A stretch of DNA of 33,683 nt from an uncultured Roseivirgaceae bacterium (lineage in GTDB: Bacteria > Bacteroidota > Bacteroidia > Cytophagales > Cyclobacteriaceae). The translations under genes were made by a program, and so were the position numbers. Position 1 is the stretch's first letter, and each line of letters opens with the position of its first letter. The notes under the pieces were generated by a model. The model did not search any database. It had not been told where the DNA came from and saw only the letters and a list, made by a program, of their open reading frames with translations. Positions 1 to 7,715 of this stretch are shown here, piece by piece. Where the stretch lies: contig CAYYNA010000007.1 in the NCBI GenBank assembly GCA_964472815.1, positions 1 to 33,683 of the forward strand, in the 5' to 3' direction.

Positions 1-224
1 TGACTCAAATGGAGGGGCAACTACTTCAATTGCTATTAGAGAATAGAGATCGACTAGTTAAGCGAGATTACATTCTTGAAGAAATCTGGGGGGAAAATGA
101 CTACTTCAAAGGAAGAAGTCTTGATGTGTTTATCACACGACTTAGAAAGTACCTAAAAGTGGATGAATCATTAGAAATCAAAAACCATCATGGCGTAGGT
201 TTTACTTTGAAAACCACTAGCTAA
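1..224 (+). CDS. OmpR/PhoB-family response regulator, C-terminal winged-helix part (5'-truncated by window edge)
   Basis: The frame is open from the window start (..TQMEGQLLQLL). It carries the wHTH motif 'ILEEIWGENDYFKGRSLDVFITRLRKYLK...HGVGF' typical of Bacteroidota RprY-like regulators. Confidence 0.9.
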   Translation, partial: TQMEGQLLQLLLENRDRLVKRDYILEEIWGENDYFKGRSLDVFITRLRKYLKVDESLEIKNHHGVGFTLKTTS

Positions 225-369
225 ATGCATTCTTAGCTAAACTTTGATTGGAAATATCTAAAACTTGATCTAGCTTTTCCGTTCATTACTCGAAGAGTAT
301 ATCCCACCAATAATTGCTACTATAATTTACTATTAATTAAGTAGTTACCCTTATTCAGTTGATATAGCA

Positions 370-2835
370 ATGAAGCCTCTAATAAAGGTATTATTTCTTG
401 GTCTGGTAGTGATGCCCTCTCTTTTGAGTGCACAAACCACTTATTATTCCTTTGCAACGGGAGATTGGGAAGACAATACCTCATGGACGTTAACCTCTGA
501 TGGATCTTCAGGTGCTGTAGGAGGAGGCATATTTCCTGGGAGGGCAGACAATGTCGTGATCCGCAGCGGTCATACCATAACGATCGATGATACTGGCGAT
601 AACGGAAGTGTTGGACAAACAGCAGATGCATTGGGTTTTGGTACGTTTCCTGGTTCTGGATCTGCAGCATTTTATCAGACCGGAGATGTGATTGTTTCTA
701 ATGGAGGAACCTTCACTTCATCAGTTAGAACTATGTTGGCCGGATTAATAACTGTCGAGGGTGGAGGCACTTTTAGCGTTACAGGAACCGCTAACGATCG
801 TGACTTATTTCTTCTAGGTTCTCTCACAGTTGAAACGACAGCTACCTTTGATATTGGAAATGATTTTGTCCTTGCCGGAAACAGTTTTGCGATCATCAAC
901 AATTCTTCTGTTTCTGGCGATGATATATTCATTGCCAGTGCCAATGCTCTTCTTTGCGGTGACGGTACAGCAACCCTTGGTAGTTCTATAGATTACTTTA
1001 ATAGCGGTACTTCGGATCAGATCTGTAGTTCGTTCTCGGTCGTCTGCCCGGATTGTGGGGGCGGGGATTTGCCTTCAGGAGTGTTTCTTACTGGGAATAC
1101 CGGCCCTGGCGGAATAGGTGATGCCACAAATAATGAACTATGGCTGAGGGCAAGTGATATTAACCAAGCTGATGCCACCGCAGTAACCAGCTGGTCTGAC
1201 GCATCAGGCAATGGCTTGACAGCAAACTCTAGCGGCGTGGGATCAGAGGAGCCAACATTCCAAGCCAACTCAGTTAACGGATTCCCATCAGTGAATTTCG
1301 ATGGTGACGACTTCTTGAACCTCGGAAACCCAGCGAGTCTTAATTTCACCCCAGGAACAGACAGCTGGTCTTTTTTGGCAGTTTACAACGTAGCTGGAGC
1401 GCTCCAGGGCACTTTGCTTTCAAAGGCCACACAAGCTGATCGGCATTACCAGTATACGATTGATGAAGTATCAGGAATTTCTTACTTCACCGCTTTCATT
1501 GGAGGTGATGCTACCATCGGATCTATAGTTGCTACTGATGACTGGTTTGTCAGCTCTTGTATTAATGACGATAGCCAAAAAGATTCATGGACCAATGAGG
1601 GTCCGAACTTTGCAGGAGAAACCATAGGAGGTGATATAAACGCAGCGGCAGAAGTACTTATCGGAGCAAGGCGAGCTTCTGGACCGACCACCGGAACCGG
1701 TTTTCAACTAACTGGTGATATAGCCGAAATCATGATGTGGGACGGAGAGCTCAATGATGCTCAAAGAATCATTGCCACAAACTACTTAGCAGCAAAATAC
1801 AACATTGCTCTCGCAGACAATGACTTGTACCTTATGGATGAGACATCAAATGGGGATTTTGATTTTGAGATCGCAGGTATTGGCCAAGCAGCTGATGGAT
1901 CCAATCACTTTGATGCAAAGGGGTCGGGAGTGGTGCGAATGTGGAACCCCTCAGACCTTGATAATAATGAATTTCTAATTTGGGGACACGATAACACAGC
2001 TCTTTCTACCACGCAAACCACAGATGTAGATGGAACAATTATCGAGGAAAGATTATCTAGAATTTGGAGAGTATCTGAAACAGGAGATGTTGGGACAGTT
2101 TCCATCTCTTTTGATTTTTCATCTTTGGCAGACCCATTAGGATCAAACCTTCGGTTACTGATAGATCGTAATGGTGATGGCTTTTTCGATAATGATGTAA
2201 TTCCAATTGCGGGTTCTGAATCAAATGATATCGTCACCTTCTCAAACGTTGACTTTCAGGATGGTGATCGGTTTACACTGGGCAATACCAATCTAAGTAT
2301 TCCCTTGCCTGTGGAACTGCTTAGTTTCACAGCCGCTCCTACAGTAAGTGCAGTTCAACTAAACTGGCAAACAGCCACAGAGACAAACAATGACTTTTTT
2401 ACTGTAGAGAGATCGAAGAATCTAGATCATTGGTTTGAGGTTTCGAGAGTTGATGGCATGGGCAATCATTCTTCGATAAGTAGTTATGAAACTAAAGATC
2501 GTAATCCTTTACAAGGCACTTCATATTATCGACTGAAACAAACCGATTTCGATGGAACCAGCTCATACTCTTCGATTGTAAGCGTTGAGTGGTTTGGGAT
2601 TGAACCAACAATTGCTGTTTGGCCCAACCCCTCAGCAAGTATATTTCGAATCAGAAAAGAAGGGTTAGCATCTTCAGACATACTTATCTACGACAACACT
2701 GGGAAGAAGATAGACGTGACAGTAGAAATCGACCCTTCTATTCTAACCATCAATCTGAGCGATCAGCCCAATGGTGTTTACTTGATGAGAATTGGAAATG
2801 CATCGAACCAAAACATCAAGTTGATCAAGAATTAA
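370..2835 (+). CDS. T9SS type-A sorted surface/secreted protein with LamG/concanavalin-A-like module
   Basis: N-terminal Sec signal (..LLSAQ). It then shows a 'GDWEDNTSW..DNVVIRSGHTITI' N-domain, a LamG-like 'LWLRASD..WSDASGNG..NGFPSVNFDG..GDIAEIMMW' module, an Ig-like 'LPVELLSFTA..WQTATETNNDFFTVERS..YYRLKQTDFDG' pre-CTD domain, and the CTD 'WPNP..GVYLMRI..KLIKN'. Confidence 0.85.
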   Translation: MKPLIKVLFLGLVVMPSLLSAQTTYYSFATGDWEDNTSWTLTSDGSSGAVGGGIFPGRADNVVIRSGHTITIDDTGDNGSVGQTADALGFGTFPGSGSAAFYQTGDVIVSNGGTFTSSVRTMLAGLITVEGGGTFSVTGTANDRDLFLLGSLTVETTATFDIGNDFVLAGNSFAIINNSSVSGDDIFIASANALLCGDGTATLGSSIDYFNSGTSDQICSSFSVVCPDCGGGDLPSGVFLTGNTGPGGIGDATNNELWLRASDINQADATAVTSWSDASGNGLTANSSGVGSEEPTFQANSVNGFPSVNFDGDDFLNLGNPASLNFTPGTDSWSFLAVYNVAGALQGTLLSKATQADRHYQYTIDEVSGISYFTAFIGGDATIGSIVATDDWFVSSCINDDSQKDSWTNEGPNFAGETIGGDINAAAEVLIGARRASGPTTGTGFQLTGDIAEIMMWDGELNDAQRIIATNYLAAKYNIALADNDLYLMDETSNGDFDFEIAGIGQAADGSNHFDAKGSGVVRMWNPSDLDNNEFLIWGHDNTALSTTQTTDVDGTIIEERLSRIWRVSETGDVGTVSISFDFSSLADPLGSNLRLLIDRNGDGFFDNDVIPIAGSESNDIVTFSNVDFQDGDRFTLGNTNLSIPLPVELLSFTAAPTVSAVQLNWQTATETNNDFFTVERSKNLDHWFEVSRVDGMGNHSSISSYETKDRNPLQGTSYYRLKQTDFDGTSSYSSIVSVEWFGIEPTIAVWPNPSASIFRIRKEGLASSDILIYDNTGKKIDVTVEIDPSILTINLSDQPNGVYLMRIGNASNQNIKLIKN

Positions 2836-2843
2836 GCCTCCAA

Positions 2844-3683
2844 CTATTCGATCACAATCTTCTTAGTAAGTCTTTTCTTACCGCGGGAAATTTCGAGCAG
2901 ATAGATTCCCTCTTTTTGATTTGAAAGATCAATCTCCTCCGAATAGTAGCCAGCAAATCGATCGAAGTATCGGCTGAATACCTCCTTTCCTTCAAGATTA
3001 CTGACCTGAATCTCCAAATCATCTTCATCTGGAACAGAGAAGCGAACTTTGACTCGGCCATCTTTGGACGGGTTGGGATAAAAAGTTAGATCTTCCAATT
3101 CCAGCAGTTGGTTTTTCGAAACTTGGCCTTTCTTGCCAAATTCACCCTGAGTATCCGTGACCTGAATGCTCCTTAGTGTAATTATCTTGAAGTTATTGGT
3201 CCCATCATCGGTGCTAAACCTGTCAACCAGCTCCTCAATCTCTACTCCCAGATTCTTCAATTTTTCTTTAAGCTCCTCCGAAAAATTCTCCGAATCAAAA
3301 TTATCGAAGCTAAAGTCAAAAGAGTTATCGTCTGAATCTGAGTCAAAACCATGGAAGAAGAAGGTGTTGGTATCATCATCTTTATCGAAGAATTGGAAAA
3401 AATGATTCTGCAAGTCATCTACCTGATTCAAATCGAGAAACACGTGAGTATCATCGTCTGACCAGAAATGAAACTGATTATCACCTCCTGCAAATTCTTG
3501 GTAACTAGGATCGGCTTCCATTTCCTCTCTGCTATTGTATTCACCCTTGAAGGTCTTCTTTTCACCATCTACCTGCTTAGTTATTTCAATGACAATTTTT
3601 TGATCTTCTTGAGCAACTAGGGAAAAAACACAAAAAATTAGTGCAAACGTTGCAATGATTGGTCTTATCTCTTTCATAGTCAT
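2844..3683 (-). CDS. Small T9SS type-A CTD protein with Asp/Phe-rich low-complexity region (start may be 3677)
   Basis: Signal peptide ending 'SLVAQ' and CTD 'FYPNPS..EGIYLLEI..TKKIVIE'. No recognisable enzymatic domain. Confidence 0.8.
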   Translation of the reverse strand: MTMKEIRPIIATFALIFCVFSLVAQEDQKIVIEITKQVDGEKKTFKGEYNSREEMEADPSYQEFAGGDNQFHFWSDDDTHVFLDLNQVDDLQNHFFQFFDKDDDTNTFFFHGFDSDSDDNSFDFSFDNFDSENFSEELKEKLKNLGVEIEELVDRFSTDDGTNNFKIITLRSIQVTDTQGEFGKKGQVSKNQLLELEDLTFYPNPSKDGRVKVRFSVPDEDDLEIQVSNLEGKEVFSRYFDRFAGYYSEEIDLSNQKEGIYLLEISRGKKRLTKKIVIE

Positions 3684-3744
3684 AGTACGTTGAGTTTTAT
3701 TTTGAATTCTAAATCTAAGGTACGGAGGACCCTCATATGTCTCT

Positions 3745-3780
3745 GTTAATCAGTCGTTAATCGTTGTTAAAAATGGTTAA
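3745..3780. promoter_or_regulatory. Four GTTAA direct repeats at 10-11 bp periodicity, putative OmpR-family regulator binding array
   Basis: GTTAA starts at 3745, 3756, 3766 and 3776, in the divergent intergenic region between the T9SS gene and the sensor kinase. Confidence 0.65.
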
Positions 3781-3807
3781 TTGCGAATCAACCAAAGGCG
3801 TAAATCG

Positions 3808-3815
3808 TACTTTTG
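3808..3815 (+). promoter_or_regulatory. Bacteroidota housekeeping -7 promoter element TACTTTTG
   Basis: Exact TAnnTTTG match, separated from the kinase ATG at 3820 by only 4 nt. Confidence 0.7.
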
Positions 3816-3819
3816 AGTC

Positions 3820-5412
3820 ATGAATCGCATCGCGCTTAGGTGGATTATTGGTCTCATGGGTATTGCCATGATAGGCCTCATTGCATTCCAACTCTACTGG
3901 ATAAACAATCTGGTGATGGCAAACGAAGAGCGATTCCAAAAAGACGTACTGAGTGCGCTGAGTTCTGTATCAAACAAACTTGAAAAGCAAGAGACTATTA
4001 GCGCAGTTCAGCGGCTAAACTATCTGGCAAGGAATCCGGCTTATGATACTGGTACAAATGAAATCAGACCAAAGAGAGTCGCTAACAGCCTCCAGCCGCA
4101 TTCTCCTAAGATGGAACTGATCGAGCGTGGCAATCAGCAACTCTTTGTCTTCGCAGACACCATGAGCAACGGAAATTTTGAATTTTTTGTGGAGTTTTCT
4201 AGTTCTACTAATAACTTCTTCCATCCTTTCTCTCCTCCTAGTCTAGAAAATGATCAAATACTTGAAAGGGATAAAAGAATCTTCGAACTTGAAGATCAGC
4301 TAGCCCGCCTCTCCAGGAGATACGAACTTACATTTGAAGTGATGGAGGATTTAATGGGATCAAGAAAGCCACTTGCTGCACGTTTTAGTCCGCCACAACT
4401 GGACTCCTTACTCAAAAAAGAACTTTCCAATAAAGGGATTGATCTCGATTATGAGTACGGAATTCTGGAACACAACAGAAATAGATTTCTGTACACGACC
4501 AACGCCGACAAAAAAGAACTACTAAAAAGTGATCTCAAGGCAAGTCTGTTTCCAAATGACCTTTTTGGAGATCAAAGCCAACTTGTGATTCAATTTCCTG
4601 ACGAAAGGGGTTACTTGATGAGGAAGGTATGGACAGCATTAGTAAGCTCAGGCTTCTTAGCTTTTGTCATTTTGTTCTGCTTTGGCTACAGTATCAAAAC
4701 AATACTCAAGCAAAAAAAGCTCTCTGATATGAAAAACGACTTTATCAATAACATGACGCATGAGCTGAAAACTCCGATTTCCACTGTGTCACTAGCTGTA
4801 GAGGCTTTAAGCGACAAGGATATTGAACAAAGCCCATTAAGAGATAAGTACATCAATGTGATTGGAGAGGAGAATAAAAGGCTTGGTAACCAAGTGGAAA
4901 AGGTACTTCAAATTGCTGCAGTCGATAGGCAGGATTACAATTTGAATGAAGAAACACTACACATGAATGAAATAGTAAATAGTGCAGCGGAGCATGTATC
5001 AATGCTGGTTGAGCAGCAGGGCGGGAGGATCAACCTAATAAACAAAGCCGAAAAAGATCAAGTAAGAGGAGATATTACACACATTACCAACATCGTGGTG
5101 AATTTATTGGACAATGCAAATAAGTATTCGCAAGACGCACCGAATATCACGCTAAAAACAGATTCTGATCAGGAGGATTTTATTCTTACGGTTCAAGACA
5201 GAGGCATAGGAATGACCAAGGAACAGCAGAAACATATTTTTGAGAAGTTCTATCGGGTACCTACCGGAGATCTACACAATGTGAAAGGCTTTGGTTTGGG
5301 ACTTGCTTACGTTCAACGCATGATTGCAGCACATAATGGAAGCATTCATGTTCAAAGTGAACTTGGCAAAGGGAGTAAATTTTCTATCACATTACCATTA
5401 GCGAGCGAATGA
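3820..5412 (+). CDS. Membrane sensor histidine kinase, RprX-like
   Basis: Two TM segments flank a periplasmic domain. H-box 'NNMTHELKTPIST', N-box 'NLLDNANKYS', G-boxes 'DRGIG' and 'VKGFGLGLAY'. Confidence 0.92.
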   Translation: MNRIALRWIIGLMGIAMIGLIAFQLYWINNLVMANEERFQKDVLSALSSVSNKLEKQETISAVQRLNYLARNPAYDTGTNEIRPKRVANSLQPHSPKMELIERGNQQLFVFADTMSNGNFEFFVEFSSSTNNFFHPFSPPSLENDQILERDKRIFELEDQLARLSRRYELTFEVMEDLMGSRKPLAARFSPPQLDSLLKKELSNKGIDLDYEYGILEHNRNRFLYTTNADKKELLKSDLKASLFPNDLFGDQSQLVIQFPDERGYLMRKVWTALVSSGFLAFVILFCFGYSIKTILKQKKLSDMKNDFINNMTHELKTPISTVSLAVEALSDKDIEQSPLRDKYINVIGEENKRLGNQVEKVLQIAAVDRQDYNLNEETLHMNEIVNSAAEHVSMLVEQQGGRINLINKAEKDQVRGDITHITNIVVNLLDNANKYSQDAPNITLKTDSDQEDFILTVQDRGIGMTKEQQKHIFEKFYRVPTGDLHNVKGFGLGLAYVQRMIAAHNGSIHVQSELGKGSKFSITLPLASE

Positions 5413-6101
5413 AACCAAGACTATTGATTGTTGAAGACGACCCAAACTTAGGTGAAATCCTTAGCGAATACCTGAGCCTAAAAGGATACGATACGACCCT
5501 CAAAAGAGATGGCGAGGAGGGCGAGACAGCATTTAAGGAAGGTACTTTTGATCTTTGCATTTTGGACTTGATGATGCCAAAGAAAGATGGCTTTTCACTT
5601 GCCAAGGAGATCCGTTCGATGGATGAGCAAACACCCATAGTCTTCTTGACTGCTAAGTCCATGAAGCAGGACATCATAAAAGGATTCACTATTGGGGCTG
5701 ATGATTATATGACCAAGCCCTTCAGCATGGAGGAACTCCTACTTAGAATTCAAGCCATCTTAAAGAGATCTACTAAGACTGAAGATGAAGAACCTTTCCC
5801 AAACCCATTCAAAATAGGGGAGCTGGTCTACTATTATCAAGAAAACAAATTGATTACCTCAAAACGAGAAATCAGTCTAACTACCAAAGAAAATGAGTTG
5901 CTGAAGATCTTCTTCGAAAATGTGAATAAGACGGTAGTCAGAAGCATCGCATTGAAAAAGATATGGAAAGATGACAGCTACTTCAATGCCAGAAGTATGG
6001 ATGTTTACATCGCCAAGATTCGAAAGTATCTAGCCGATGATCCTTCAATCAAAATACTAACAATTCATGGTGAGGGATTCAAATTAGTAGAGGTGAGCTA
6101 A
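5409..6101 (+). CDS. rprY: OmpR-family response regulator, RprY-like
   Basis: Receiver motifs 'VEDD..ILDLMMPKKDGF..FLTAK..DDYMTKPF' plus wHTH 'IWKDDSYFNARSMDVYIAKIRKYL'. ATGA overlap with the kinase. Confidence 0.85.
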   Translation: MKPRLLIVEDDPNLGEILSEYLSLKGYDTTLKRDGEEGETAFKEGTFDLCILDLMMPKKDGFSLAKEIRSMDEQTPIVFLTAKSMKQDIIKGFTIGADDYMTKPFSMEELLLRIQAILKRSTKTEDEEPFPNPFKIGELVYYYQENKLITSKREISLTTKENELLKIFFENVNKTVVRSIALKKIWKDDSYFNARSMDVYIAKIRKYLADDPSIKILTIHGEGFKLVEVS

Positions 6102-6166
6102 GCATATTGCGACCTACATTGATTATATTTATTGGTTAATAGTCAATACAATCATTCTCAATTTTT

Positions 6167-6895
6167 ATGATTCTAGTCCCCTCAATATCCGTCATAAATG
6201 GCAAAACCACCCGATTAGTACAAGGGGATTTTTCAAAGGAAAAAATCTACGAAGATTCTCCAATTGACGTAGCAAAGCAGTTTGAGGATCACGGAATTAC
6301 TAGAATTCATTTAATCGATCTTGATGGCGCTCGAAGGGGAAGGACTGTCAATTTCGATATGCTACACCTGATTTCTGCCTATACTGAGCTCACCATAAAC
6401 TTTGCTGGTGGAATGCATACAGACGGTGATGTCCTAAAAGCATTTGAGTATGGAGCGGAGAGCATCACAGCTGCTTCAGTGGCTATTTCTGACCGACAGT
6501 TATTCTCAAATTGGCTGATGTCCTACGGCAGAGAGAAAATTGCATTAGCTGCAGATAGTCTAGATGGCATCATCAGAATACGAGGCTGGCAAAAAGCTAC
6601 CACAACGGATCTTTTTGAGCACGTCGCTTATTTCTATGACAAAGGTCTGAAATACTTAAAAACCACAGATATATCCAAAGATGGGTTAATGGACGGACCG
6701 TCTTTCAAGCTATATAAACAGCTTCTGTCGGAGTTTCCTGATCTGTCAATATTCGCTAGTGGTGGCGTCAGGAATATGGATGACATAAAGCAGCTAAATG
6801 ATCTAGGTCTTTACGGAGTGATTTTCGGAAAAGCGTTCTACGAAAGAAATATTACGCTAGATGATATTGACTCATTTCAAGCCGTAAATGCCTAA
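6167..6895 (+). CDS. HisA-family (beta/alpha)8 barrel protein, atypical paralogue lacking the catalytic Asp8
   Basis: HisA motifs 'RLVQGD', 'HLIDLDGA', 'RGW', 'TDISKDG..GP', 'ASGGV' and 'GKAFY' are present. The canonical 'PAID' is replaced by 'PSIS', and no other his genes lie in the window. Confidence 0.8.
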   Translation: MILVPSISVINGKTTRLVQGDFSKEKIYEDSPIDVAKQFEDHGITRIHLIDLDGARRGRTVNFDMLHLISAYTELTINFAGGMHTDGDVLKAFEYGAESITAASVAISDRQLFSNWLMSYGREKIALAADSLDGIIRIRGWQKATTTDLFEHVAYFYDKGLKYLKTTDISKDGLMDGPSFKLYKQLLSEFPDLSIFASGGVRNMDDIKQLNDLGLYGVIFGKAFYERNITLDDIDSFQAVNA

Positions 6896-7182
6896 AAGTC
6901 TTCGTGATCGTACTTGAACTTGTAGAGGAAATGAAAGATGAAGTTGTACTTGTTAACTGAATCATCCTCAATTGAATCGGTATCTAGGATTTCTACGTCA
7001 TCTAGGACCGTCTCCGCCGAACCTTCTTCGTCAAGTTTTTCTTGCTGCTGACCCGTTTGATTTAGCTCTGTATTATCTTCCTCAGTTTCCTTCTTCCCAT
7101 CGGTCCCTGTTGTGTTCGCAAACCCTACTTGGGAAGCGCCTAACAGGAGAAGAATAAATGATATTTTTATAGAATCTCTCAC
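6892..7182 (-). CDS. Small secreted acidic hypothetical protein (GTG start)
   Basis: Signal-peptide-like N-terminus (..SQVGFA), D/E-rich middle and aromatic C-terminal segment 'SVNKYNFIFHFLYKFKY'. The stop overlaps the HisA-like stop. Confidence 0.6.
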   Translation of the reverse strand: MRDSIKISFILLLLGASQVGFANTTGTDGKKETEEDNTELNQTGQQQEKLDEEGSAETVLDDVEILDTDSIEDDSVNKYNFIFHFLYKFKYDHEDF

Positions 7183-7338
7183 TTATTTTTTGAGCTACCT
7201 CAAAATAACGAAATAGCACGCAGAAAGTTTTGAAATTTTACAATTCTTAACTTTTACCTTTAGGTATTCAATTAATTGTCGGTTTACTAAAAAAATAGAT
7301 GGTCAAACAAATCGTGGTATTACACAATGCCAAAGATC

Positions 7339-7362
7339 AAAAAAAGCCCCAACAAGTGGGGC
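7339..7362 (-). terminator. Intrinsic terminator of hpf
   Basis: The minus strand reads GCCCCA-CTTGT-TGGGGC followed by T7, just downstream of the hpf stop. Confidence 0.8.
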
Positions 7363-7389
7363 CTCTTCAAAAACTATTCTTCTGCTTCC

Positions 7390-7689
7390 TTAATGCATCA
7401 GAGCTTTCTCTTTGTGCTTCTTCAATTGACGCCTCAATGCTTCAACAGCTGAGTCAGTCCCAGCTTCAAAAGATCTTGCACGCTCCTTGGAAAAGAATTG
7501 GTTCCGTGGGCCATTAAGCTTTATCTCTACAACTTTATTCTCTTTAGAATCATCATTTTCTACTCTTAGAAAGACTTCACCATCGATAATCCTATCGTAG
7601 TAGGTCTCCAGCTTATCTAATTTTTTTTGAATAAAACTAAGCAGCTTAACATCAGCGTCGAAATGGATGGAATGCATTTGTAACTTCAT
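7390..7689 (-). CDS. hpf: Ribosome hibernation promoting factor (short HPF/RaiA)
   Basis: 'SIHFDADVKLLSFIQKKLDKLETYYD..SFEAGTDSAVEALRRQLKKHKEK', in the conserved position after xerC. Confidence 0.9.
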   Translation of the reverse strand: MKLQMHSIHFDADVKLLSFIQKKLDKLETYYDRIIDGEVFLRVENDDSKENKVVEIKLNGPRNQFFSKERARSFEAGTDSAVEALRRQLKKHKEKALMH

Positions 7690-7715
7690 AATGTTACGGG
7701 TTTAAGGTTTAACAA

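Noticed and set aside
6118-6147. Imperfect inverted repeat ATTGATTAT...ATAGTCAAT upstream of the HisA paralogue
   Set aside because: It is AT-rich with a mismatch and a long loop, too weak to call as an operator or terminator.
7299-7517. 72-aa plus-strand ORF, or an sRNA from a TACCTTTA element at 7255-7262
   Set aside because: It runs through the hpf terminator and antisense into hpf. It has no protein-like features and the promoter match is imperfect.
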